Shown here piece by piece: positions 20,630-30,200 of a DNA stretch of 64,000 bases. A program made the position numbers and the translations under genes. Origin of the DNA: a virus (taxonomy: Duplodnaviria > Caudoviricetes); IMG/VR virus record IMGVR_UViG_3300035698_027145, positions 828 to 64,827 of that record; one strand, given 5' to 3'. Numbering within the stretch: the stretch's first letter is position 1; every line of letters begins with the position of its first letter. The notes beneath the pieces were generated by a model. The model was not told where the DNA came from. It searched no databases and saw nothing but the letters and a program-made list of their open reading frames with translations.

Positions 20630-20661
20630 CTCAACTTAAGCCTTTAGAAGGGCTAAAACCA

Positions 20662-21093
20662 ATGAAATTTCCTGGAGACTCAGATCCGACTCAGGAAATT
20701 TCTCAATGTCCGTACTGTGAAACTTGTGTCTCTGAAGATGCTATGGTTTGTTCTAATCCTAATTGTGAGTCACAAGGCATACCTATAACTCCTGTCAAAA
20801 AAGGAGAACTTCATGAAAATAAAGTGCATGCTCCAGGTGTTCGCCCAAAAGGATATGGTCCAAAAACGCCTGAATGGGTAACTAAGGGTCGTCCTATAGC
20901 AGCTTCTAAATTAGCGGAGAGAAAAAAAAAGAAAGATCATGACATTGCAGAAGATAGTGATGAAACGATTAAGGACGAGTTCTCAGTAGATGTGAATATG
21001 TGTGTAGACCCATTTGAGAAAAAGAAGAGAAATGCCGATGTAAGGAAAGAAGAAATTATGAGATCTTGTCGTGATCTAGCGATAGATGGATAA
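20662..21093 (+). CDS. Zn-finger protein; may be the -1 frameshift extension of the upstream gene
   Basis: CPYC...CSNPNC; frame is open back through the A10 run at 20615-20624. Confidence 0.65.
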   Translation: MKFPGDSDPTQEISQCPYCETCVSEDAMVCSNPNCESQGIPITPVKKGELHENKVHAPGVRPKGYGPKTPEWVTKGRPIAASKLAERKKKKDHDIAEDSDETIKDEFSVDVNMCVDPFEKKKRNADVRKEEIMRSCRDLAIDG

Positions 21094-21108
21094 TTTAAAG
21101 GATAAAAA

Positions 21109-24100
21109 ATGGCTAAATTTATTATGGCAGACAATACTCCTCAAAATAAGAGGAGAATGATAGCAGCATCGGGAGGCTATTCAGCACCAGATGATTCTAA
21201 AAAAATTCATAAGAGTGGGTTAGCTCACTCTATGACAGTAAGCGTTCCTATAACTAAGAATTCACAATTTGCAGGGTCAGCGGCAGGTGTAGCTATGCCT
21301 CAGCCTATGTTTTTTAGCCCACTTCATACTCCACAGAACTGGCAGATAGCAAGTAGGCGTAGAGAGATCATGCAATGGTCTAGGTTCTACTACATGAATG
21401 AACCTAAAGTAGCAGCAGGTGTGGATTTCTATTCTAACTTCTCTATGAATGGATTTAAACTCGAATGTAAATCTAAAAAGGTTTTGAAATTTTATGAAAG
21501 ATTAGTAGAAAAATTAGATCTTTCAGAAAAATTAAATGCTGTCAGTCACGAATATTTTCTTATTGGTGATGTTTTTCCATTCGCAGAAATAGAATGTCCA
21601 ACTTGCGGAGGCGCAGGAAGAACACAAGACGGTGAGATATGTAATCACCCTGATGGAACGTTCAAAAGTATAAAGCTAATGAATCCTGACTATCTTGAAG
21701 TTAGAGATGCTCCTATTGCGTCATGCCCTGAATACTATTTGGTTCCTGATGAGGAATTAAAAATGGTTGTTCAGAGACAAGAACCTAAAAGTATATATGA
21801 TAAATTGCCACCTAGTCTTATTGCGGCAGTTCAATCAGGAAATCCTATTAGATTATCAGATAGAAGCATTAGTCATTTAAAACATAACGCTAGCGATTAT
21901 GGAACATACGGAACATCTATGCTTCAGAGATTGTTTACAGTCTTGGCATACAAAACAAAGATTATGACAGCTAACTGGATTGTAGCAGAGAGATTAATCC
22001 TTCCTGTTAGAGTTGTAAAGGTTGGTGATAAAGATAGACCAGCGACTGATACTGATTTGACAGATGTTCAAAATCAATTATCAGCAGTTGCTAACGATCC
22101 TAACCTTACCATTGTTACTCACCATGCTTTTGAATATGAATGGTTTGGAGCATCGGGCAAGATTCATAATATTACACAAGAAGTAGAACAGATAGGTAAA
22201 GAGATCTTAGATGGTCTTATGCTTAACCAAGCTATTCTAAATGGAGAGATGGCTGGCTATTGCCTAAGTGAAGATACTCTTACTCTTACTGATTCTGGTT
22301 TTAAACATTATTGGGATATTCATGAAACAAAAGATAAAATTGCTTGTTATAATTCTGACACTAAAAAAATAGAATATCATCTTCCTTATGAGAAAGTAGT
22401 GTATGATTATGAAGGAGAGATGGTCCATTTTAATACTGATAAGATAGATATTTTAGTAACTCCTAATCATAGGATGTGGAGTGCTAAGAGAGGTTCTGAT
22501 AAGTTTGAGATAATAAGAGCAGAAGATGTTCGTTCAAGAGCCAAGTTTATAGGAGCAATAGATGGATATGAGGGAGAATATATCCCGTATGTTGAAATTG
22601 GAGAAAAACAATATAATGTTTATGATTTTTGTAAATTAGTTGGATATTATGTTTCTGAAGGATGGGTCTCAAAAGAAAATAGGAAGAATAGAACTAAGAA
22701 ATATACTACCGTTTCGATTGGTCAGAGTGTTAATGGAAAAGCTAGAGAAGATATAGATGGTTTATTTGACGATATGTTTGATACTCATTACGATAATGAT
22801 AATGAGATACATGTTTATAAGCCTGAACTAGCAGATTATTTAAGGACTAATTTTGGGTCTGGGGCTATTAATAAAAAACTTTCTTCTTTTGTTAAAAATC
22901 TATCGACTGAATGTTTGGAGATAATTTTAGATGCTATGGTAAATGGAGATGGTTGTATCCATAACCATATAGGAGAGAATAGAAAAGTTAGTGGAACATC
23001 ATATTATACCTCAAGCGAACAACTCGCTAATGATTTTGCAGAAATAGCGTTCAAGTGTGGCTATATAACTAAAATAAGAAAAGTATCAAAGAAGAATAAT
23101 AGTAAAAAATATTTCAATAAAACAGGGCATCAGTATAAAACTAATCATCAACAATATGTTGTTTACATTTCAAAGGGATTTAAGGGGAGAACCCCTACTC
23201 TTCATTCTAAATCTGAAAAATATGCAGGAAAAGAAATAACAAGAGTTCCTTATAATGGCAAGATTTATTGCTTTTCTGTTCCTTATGAAAAGTTCGTAAC
23301 TATGAGAAATGGAGTAGTCACTATCCAGGGCAACACCAGTGCACAGGTTGGTATCGAAGTTCTTATTAGAAGGTTGGATAACTGGAGAAATAAGTTAAAA
23401 TCTTGGGTAGAAAAGAATATATTTGAACCTGTTGCAATGATGCAGGGATTTATAGATGAAGAAGAGTCTCAGTATATTAATGAGACAGTTTATTTATATC
23501 CAAAGCTTACATGGAATGATTTGCAGCTTAGAGATAAGACTAATAGAATACAAACATTAATGCAGATGTATGATAAAGGAATGGTATCTGCACAAACTGT
23601 TCTTGAAGAGATGGATCTTGATTATGATTCAGAAGTTGAGAAGATTAGAGAAGAGCAGTTAATGGCTCAAGCTAATGGTCAAGTAGCTGGCATGGATGGT
23701 GGTGGAGATGCTATGGGTGGCGCTCCAATGGGAGGTGGCCCAATGGGTGGAGATATGGGAGGTATGCCAGGCATGGAGGGTGCTCCAGGCGCTGAGATGG
23801 GCGGTATGCCAGGCGGAGATATGGGAGGAGGTATGGGAGGTGCTCCAATGGGAGGCGCTCCAGGAGGTATGGGGGCAGCAGCTTCAGGAGAAATGCCTAT
23901 TATAGGTAAGAGAGGTTCTAAGAATAAACAACAAGAAGAGGAAGAGCAAGCACCACCTCCTCAGATGATTAAGCTGACAAAGTTAGAACAGAAAATGTTT
24001 AGAACTCTTTCTGCAATGGATACTCCTCAGGATTTATTTGCACAATATCAAGTTAAAGTGCCAGGAGAAGCAAGACCTTATGCAATAGATTTTGCTTATC

Positions 24101-24474
24101 CTAAGATCGGAGTAGGTATAGAAGTTGACGGTGCGATTTGGCATGAAAGAGAAGATTTTAAACAAAGAGATTTACAAAGAGATCAAAAATTAGCAAATGT
24201 TGGGTGGAGAGTGCTAAGATTTAATGAAGATTCGGTTAATGAAAATATTGATGCCGTTAGAGATACAATTATTAAACATATAGCAGATGCAAGCAAAAGT
24301 AAAAAAGCAGCAGAAAGTAAGGAGCTGATTAAAACAGCTTCAACAGATGAAGCATGGATGAACCCCTTGTATGAATATTGTCTTTCCAAAGGAAAGATAG
24401 GATGCAGTAGAGAATCTCTTCCATACGGACAAATTCTTTATATAGGGAATATTAATAATGGAGAAACTACATAA
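21109..24474 (+). CDS. Portal protein with intein and C-terminal DUF559/Vsr-like nuclease domain
   Basis: EPKVAAGVDFYSNF, HEYFLIGDVF, ISHLKH...YGTYGTSML portal-like blocks between terminase and protease; G/M/P linker; IDFAYP...IEVDG..WH...RD..L...GWRVLRF. Confidence 0.88.
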   Translation: MAKFIMADNTPQNKRRMIAASGGYSAPDDSKKIHKSGLAHSMTVSVPITKNSQFAGSAAGVAMPQPMFFSPLHTPQNWQIASRRREIMQWSRFYYMNEPKVAAGVDFYSNFSMNGFKLECKSKKVLKFYERLVEKLDLSEKLNAVSHEYFLIGDVFPFAEIECPTCGGAGRTQDGEICNHPDGTFKSIKLMNPDYLEVRDAPIASCPEYYLVPDEELKMVVQRQEPKSIYDKLPPSLIAAVQSGNPIRLSDRSISHLKHNASDYGTYGTSMLQRLFTVLAYKTKIMTANWIVAERLILPVRVVKVGDKDRPATDTDLTDVQNQLSAVANDPNLTIVTHHAFEYEWFGASGKIHNITQEVEQIGKEILDGLMLNQAILNGEMAGYCLSEDTLTLTDSGFKHYWDIHETKDKIACYNSDTKKIEYHLPYEKVVYDYEGEMVHFNTDKIDILVTPNHRMWSAKRGSDKFEIIRAEDVRSRAKFIGAIDGYEGEYIPYVEIGEKQYNVYDFCKLVGYYVSEGWVSKENRKNRTKKYTTVSIGQSVNGKAREDIDGLFDDMFDTHYDNDNEIHVYKPELADYLRTNFGSGAINKKLSSFVKNLSTECLEIILDAMVNGDGCIHNHIGENRKVSGTSYYTSSEQLANDFAEIAFKCGYITKIRKVSKKNNSKKYFNKTGHQYKTNHQQYVVYISKGFKGRTPTLHSKSEKYAGKEITRVPYNGKIYCFSVPYEKFVTMRNGVVTIQGNTSAQVGIEVLIRRLDNWRNKLKSWVEKNIFEPVAMMQGFIDEEESQYINETVYLYPKLTWNDLQLRDKTNRIQTLMQMYDKGMVSAQTVLEEMDLDYDSEVEKIREEQLMAQANGQVAGMDGGGDAMGGAPMGGGPMGGDMGGMPGMEGAPGAEMGGMPGGDMGGGMGGAPMGGAPGGMGAAASGEMPIIGKRGSKNKQQEEEEQAPPPQMIKLTKLEQKMFRTLSAMDTPQDLFAQYQVKVPGEARPYAIDFAYPKIGVGIEVDGAIWHEREDFKQRDLQRDQKLANVGWRVLRFNEDSVNENIDAVRDTIIKHIADASKSKKAAESKELIKTASTDEAWMNPLYEYCLSKGKIGCSRESLPYGQILYIGNINNGETT
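22261..23334 (+). mobile_element. Intein (358 aa) with LAGLIDADG endonuclease in portal
   Basis: Starts Y|CLSEDT, block B VTPNHRM, LVGYYVSEG and LDAMVNGDG, ends IQGN|T. Confidence 0.93.
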
Positions 24475-24919
24475 GTTTTCTGGCAGACAGAGGATAAAAG
24501 ACAGAGGGATAGAATGGAAAGAGTTTTATCATGAAAGATCTCAAAGATTAAAAAAGAGATTTGATAAACAGATAGGTCCATTAGCTTATATAAGATGGGA
24601 AGGTCATGACTATACGACTGACTCAGATTATTTTATTATTATGGGTCCATCTTTAACCAAAGAGGGTAAGAAGAAATTCTTTGCAGGCATTAAAAAATTG
24701 CCTGACGATCCTAAAGCTAAGATTTATGCTCCTGCTGGTGAGTACTTCACTAGTTCAGTGGCAGCACTTAGCCATGCCTCAGACAAATGGGCTATACCAT
24801 TTCCTAAGGGTGCGCCCAACTACACAGTAGATCAACATTTAGCTCCAATAGAGATTCCCCGTCACGTTAAGGGTAGTAGTAATAAAATTATTATCCAAGC
24901 AAAAAAACCTTTACTTTAA
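24458..24919 (+). CDS. Hypothetical protein
   Basis: 153 aa basic ORF overlapping the portal stop. Confidence 0.7.
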   Translation: MEKLHKFSGRQRIKDRGIEWKEFYHERSQRLKKRFDKQIGPLAYIRWEGHDYTTDSDYFIIMGPSLTKEGKKKFFAGIKKLPDDPKAKIYAPAGEYFTSSVAALSHASDKWAIPFPKGAPNYTVDQHLAPIEIPRHVKGSSNKIIIQAKKPLL

Positions 24920-24964
24920 AATATAGAGGATTTTTTTTATTAATTTAGAAATGAAAGAATAACT

Positions 24965-25159
24965 ATGAAGATTATAAAAACAAAAAATTATAAAGAGTCA
25001 CAGATGGGTATGGGTGATGGGGAGCAGACTAACGATTCTAAAGTTAGAGAGCTTATTGCCCAAGGGATGGATGTAGGAATGGCTGTTAGAGCTGTTTATC
25101 CTGATTTACAGCCTATTCAAGTCGAAGAGTTAAAAAGTTATTATTCACAAGGAGTATAG
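24965..25159 (+). CDS. Small protein with MKIIKTKNY leader
   Basis: MKIIKTKNYKESQ; promoter-family copy at 24927. Confidence 0.7.
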   Translation: MKIIKTKNYKESQMGMGDGEQTNDSKVRELIAQGMDVGMAVRAVYPDLQPIQVEELKSYYSQGV

Positions 25160-25164
25160 ATATA

Positions 25165-25332
25165 ATGCTTAAATGCGGTCAAAAAGATAATGAAAAATAT
25201 ACGTTTGGTGTAAGAAAAGATCAAATCGAAGAACCTAAGAAGAAAGAAGATAGTAAGATTTGTTGCAGTTCATGCGGAACTTGTCTTACTAAGAGATCAA
25301 GTTTCTGTCCTTCTTGTGGGGAAAAAATATAA
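25165..25332 (+). CDS. Small Zn-ribbon protein (55 aa)
   Basis: AAGGAG SD; MLKCGQK...CSSCGTCL....FCPSCGEKI*; not in ORF track. Confidence 0.7.
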   Translation: MLKCGQKDNEKYTFGVRKDQIEEPKKKEDSKICCSSCGTCLTKRSSFCPSCGEKI

Positions 25333-25785
25333 ATGAAAATTATAAAGACTAAAAGATATGCAAACACTTTCGAAGGATATGATCCATATAAAGTTGATTT
25401 TGGAAAAGAAAGAGAGAAAGCAAAAGGCATGGAAACAGAGTCTTTATTTGGAGCTTTGAAAGATGCTATTGAAGCATCTCAGACTAGTGTTAATGAAGGA
25501 AAGTATTATGATCAGGCATCTGTCTATAGAAGAGAACTAGAGAACAGAGGGATATCTATTATACAGCAAAACGAAAAGATACAAAAAATGCCAAGTCTGC
25601 ATACTGATCCTAATGATTATCTGAAATGTAATATTTGTGGTCAAACAAAACATTGGGAAGAGTTTAGTCAAAATAATGAAATGTGTAATGAATGTATTGA
25701 GAGCGAAGGTGACGAGCAAAGAGCAGGTAAGGCATTTATGGATTCAGGAGAATATCAGAATTATCCAGAACTTGGAGATAGATAA
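25333..25785 (+). CDS. Protein with MKIIKTKRYA leader and Zn finger
   Basis: Leader plus CNICG...CNEC. Confidence 0.75.
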   Translation: MKIIKTKRYANTFEGYDPYKVDFGKEREKAKGMETESLFGALKDAIEASQTSVNEGKYYDQASVYRRELENRGISIIQQNEKIQKMPSLHTDPNDYLKCNICGQTKHWEEFSQNNEMCNECIESEGDEQRAGKAFMDSGEYQNYPELGDR

Positions 25786-26093
25786 TGAAAATTATAAGAA
25801 CAGCAAATTATGAGAAGATGGCTTCCCAAGATTATATTTATCTTGTTCAAGATCCGTCAGATGGTTCTGTTAACGTGTATAACTATAAGGAAAATAATGA
25901 TAGCGGGTCAGTCCGCTTTGGTCTTATGGATAATATGTTTATAGATTCTGTAAATTCTATAGAAGAGGCAAAAATAAAATATCCAAATGCAGAAGTAGGA
26001 ACTCATAAATTGAAAGCTGATCCTATGTCTTCATTTGCTCCTAGTGATTTTGATCCAGGCTATGCAGGCGAACGTTGGGACGATGATTATTAA
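25785..26093 (+). CDS. Protein with MKIIRTANY leader
   Basis: MKIIRTANYEKMASQ; ends FDPGYAGERWDDDY. Confidence 0.75.
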   Translation: MKIIRTANYEKMASQDYIYLVQDPSDGSVNVYNYKENNDSGSVRFGLMDNMFIDSVNSIEEAKIKYPNAEVGTHKLKADPMSSFAPSDFDPGYAGERWDDDY

Positions 26094-26118
26094 TAGATAT
26101 ATCTAATAAGGAATTATT

Positions 26119-26520
26119 ATGAAAATTATAAGAACAGCAAATTATGATGAGAACTGGTCTCAAAGAGCAAAAATGGATTTAGCTAATGACCTGTTAGACT
26201 GGCATGGTGGTCAGAGTTCAGGACTATATAGTGTTGGGTCTAGTTGGCTTTCAGGGAATATGGAAGTTCCTGAGGAGAATATACAATTAGCTCTGTCAGA
26301 GTTAGAAGATCTTATTAATAGAAAAGTCAATTATCCTGAAACTATGGGAGATAGAGAAATTAGTCAGTTGAAAGAAATAAAACAAAAACTGGCTCAATTA
26401 ACTACTAATGAGATAGCACATACAGATAGTGATATGAAATATGATGAGGGAACTTATCGTGCAGATTATGGATTCCCAGATACTCCTATGGGGTTGGAAG
26501 ATGATAATCCTATATATTAA
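26119..26520 (+). CDS. Protein with MKIIRTANY leader
   Basis: Leader; body has DWHGGQSSGLYSVGSS. Confidence 0.75.
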   Translation: MKIIRTANYDENWSQRAKMDLANDLLDWHGGQSSGLYSVGSSWLSGNMEVPEENIQLALSELEDLINRKVNYPETMGDREISQLKEIKQKLAQLTTNEIAHTDSDMKYDEGTYRADYGFPDTPMGLEDDNPIY

Positions 26521-26532
26521 TAAGGAAATATA

Positions 26533-26958
26533 ATGAAAATTCTTAAAACAGCAAATTATAAAAAAAGAATAAAAACAGCGGCTGTGAATATGCCTGCTCC
26601 TTGGAATGAGGATCTTGGAACTAATGATAAAGTACCAGCAAGCTGGGAAATATGCGATCAATGCCGTGGAACGGGAGGAAGCAGCGCTCATCTAGGGGAA
26701 ATTAGTGATGAGGCTAGGGCAGAGATGATGATGGAAGATGATCAGCAGGGAGGAACAGAGTGGAGTTCTTATATGGGTGGAGCAATGGATAGACCATGTG
26801 AATCTTGTGATTCAACAGGAAAAGTTCTTGAAATGAATTGGGATTGGATTGAACAAAATGCTACACCTGAACAAATACAAGTTCTAGAAGACCAGAACGA
26901 ATATCAGCAAGAAGAAGCATGGGAACAAAAGATGAGAGAACAGGGTAGAGAATTTTAA
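26533..26958 (+). CDS. Protein with MKILKTANY leader and DnaJ-like CxxCxGxG Zn motif
   Basis: MKILKTANYKKRIKTAA; CDQCRGTG...CESCDSTG. Confidence 0.75.
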   Translation: MKILKTANYKKRIKTAAVNMPAPWNEDLGTNDKVPASWEICDQCRGTGGSSAHLGEISDEARAEMMMEDDQQGGTEWSSYMGGAMDRPCESCDSTGKVLEMNWDWIEQNATPEQIQVLEDQNEYQQEEAWEQKMREQGREF

Positions 26959-26970
26959 TAAGGAATTATT

Positions 26971-27256
26971 ATGAAAATTATAAGAACAGCAAATTATAAA
27001 AAAAGAATGAAGAAGGCAGAACAAGGTTGTAGAGAGTGCAGCGGAAATGATATTATTTGAAAACAATAAAAGTTCTAATAATATGTCTGATATAGAGATA
27101 GAAAATAGAGCCAAAAGGTGGCTTAATTTTCTCTACGAAGGCACTGAATTGGAAGAATCTTCTCAAAAAATAGTTATTGGAAAAATTATAGAAAAAATAA
27201 AACAGTTGAAAGAAATAGAATTTAGAAATGAGTCTGCTAATAAGGAAATAATATAA
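26971..27256 (+). pseudogene. Frameshifted MKIIRTANY-leader gene
   Basis: Leader frame stops at 27060 (29 aa); the other frame continues QNKVVESAAEMILF... to 27256; adding CA near 27017 restores KKAQNKVV. Confidence 0.55.
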
Positions 27257-30200
27257 TGGCAATGTATAAAAGAGCAACATTTTCACATAAGTGTAAAGTA
27301 ACTGCTTTGAATAAACCAAAAGGAGAAGGTTGGGATATCTATGATCTTCCTAATCAAATTAAAACTGCCTCTACTACTGTAGAAGGAGAAGATTTGAATG
27401 GTTTTGATCTTAAACAAGCAACTACTGATCACCCAGATCATCTTTACATTAAAGTTTTTGCGATTAAAAAAGATGAACCTAATGATAATGGAGACGCTTT
27501 CTGCGAAGCAGAACTTAAAACAGCAGCTCCTTCATTCGTTGGTGTTCCACTCTTTACTAATCACCAAAATGATGATGTAGAAAAAGCAAGAGGAGAATGC
27601 GTTCACTCTTGGTACGATCAAGAAGAAGGTGGTATCTATATTATAGGAAGAGTTGATAAGATTGCTTATCCTCGTCTTGCAAGAGGTATAGAAGAAGGAT
27701 ATATAACAGGCTGTTTTCCCCCAGATGCTCCAGTTCTCATGTCCGATGGAACAGAAAAAAGTATTTGTGACATTGAAGACGGTGATGAGGTTATCTCTGG
27801 AAAGGGAAATATTAAGAAAGTTTTAGGAATAAGGCAAAGAGGATATAACTATCCTATTGTTTCTATTCAATTAGAAGGAAATAAACAGCCATTAGTTTGC
27901 ACTTCTCATCATAATCTTATGGTTTATAGATTACCAGAGCTGTGTGCATGTGGGTGTGAAGAAGAATTAGTTCTCAAAAAAGATAAGAGAATAACGTCAA
28001 AAACTTTTAATAGAAAATTTAGAACAGGTCATAACTTAAGGGGAGAGTCTGAAGAATTTAACCATGAGTATATTCAAAAGATAAAAGCTTGCGAACTAGA
28101 AGATGGTGATTTTTTAGTTGAGCCAAAATTTGTTGATGAGAGTTGCGATGATTATGTTACAGAAAATGAGGCTTTTTTAATTGGTTTGTTTTTGGCTGAA
28201 GGAAGTTTTGAAAAAAGAAAAGGAATTAGACATTCTGCCATATTTAATTTTGCTCATACAGAAAGAGATACTTTAGCATTTCAATGTGAAGAAAAATTAA
28301 AAAAAGCATTTGCTACTCATAGAAATGGCCCTACAACTAATTATTATCCTGGAGCATCTCAAACAAGAGTTAATTTATATGGGAAAGATATCGCTGATTG
28401 GTTTTATGATAGATGTGGAGAATATAGCGATGGGAAGATTTTAAATGAAAAATTAATGAAGTTAGGTAAAGAAAAAACTTCTTCGTTATTGGCAGGTTTT
28501 ATTGAGGGAGATGGGTATAAAGTTAAAGAAAAATATTATGGATTTGGAATAGTTTCTTCTAATTTAACAAGCCAGCTTAGATTATTGTTTGAAAAAATAG
28601 GGGTAAGAACGAATTATAAGGTGATTACAGAAGATAATGGGAGATGGGGATATAAGCCTGTTCATGAGGTTACTTTTGGCAAGACCACTGTTCCCGATTT
28701 ATTTTGGGATAGATTAATATACAAAAAAGCAGAAAAGGCAAAGGCGAAAGCAGCGTCATGGCACAGTTTGGAAGATTATACTCTTAGAAGAGTGAAGGAA
28801 ATTAAAGAAATAAATTATGATGGAATAGTTTATGACATAGAGGTTGAGGATGATCACACTTATTGCGTGAATCATATAGCAGTGTCTAACACATCAATGG
28901 GATGCTCTGTAGAAAATTCTATTTGCTCTGTATGTCATAACAATGCACATACAGCAGATGATTATTGTTCTCACGTAGCAAATAGAAAGAACAGAAAGTA
29001 TACAGGAGATCTCAAGTGTTCTTATCATAATAGTCCAACAGATAAACAGGATAAATGTCCTGTTTGTCATAGCACATCAGATGATGCTAAAACTCTTAAA
29101 CACTCAGAGCAGGCAATCTTTGAACACAACTATGGTCTTAAGTTTATTGAGAATAGTTTTGTAGTTAATCCTGCATGTCATGATTGTGGAGTTAGATGTA
29201 TCCTACATGCCCCTACAGTAGAGAGCAAAGTAGCATCTTTCCAGAATACAGTTTCTAACCTCGTTAAAGAGGCTCACCTTAAAGAGGGAGACTCAGCACT
29301 TGAAGGGTTTATTACTAGACTTGGTGGAATGAATGAACTTCAGTCTATTAAGAATAGCATGGACGAACTTGAGAAGGTGACTAAGAGCATGTTGAAACAG
29401 AAGGAAAACATCTCAATGGAATACGTTAGCCAAATTGTTAAGGCTATGTCGGATATTCAGGAGTTCTATGATGAGTTGATAGAGATGGGATATGGGGCTT
29501 TGCCTTCTCCTCCTGTGATGGGAGCAGATGATAGTCCTCCATTAGTAGCAGAACAACCTCAAGCAGCTATGCCACCAGAGCAGATGGCAGCTCAACAAGC
29601 ACCTCCTCAGCCAGGTGGAAGTCAAACTTCTGATCTGGGAGGATTAGGAAATATCACTTTGCCTAAAAATTCTTCAAGAAAAATAGAGGAATTTTCTAAA
29701 ATAAGTGGAAATCTAATAAATAAAGTAACCTCTCTGGAAGAGAGTCTACGTGAATTGAATAAAAATATTAATTCCAAATTAAATATAGGAGCAGAAATGG
29801 CTACTGACAAGAAAAATACAAAAGTGGCGGCTAGCACTGATAATCTTGAACTGATTACCGAAAAACAGCTTATGAAGGAAGAAGAGTCTCTTCATCCAAG
29901 AACAGGCGAAGTTTATGAAGGTATCACAGAGAGTAAAGAGCAGATTGGTGGATCAGAGCGAAGCAACGATACCACATCAAGTAGCCCACAAATTCGTGGT
30001 GGAACTTATGAAACTACTACAGAAGATCAACTAAAGACTAAAAGTGCTTTAGGTGAATCTGTTATTCACTTTAATGAATATCCAGATGTCATTACTGAGA
30101 AACAGTGGGACGATTTTAGTAGAGATGTTGCTGGTGAACTTCCAGATGACTATACTGAATCTATTACTCAGGCTCAGATTAGAGAACTTCTTAGCAATCA

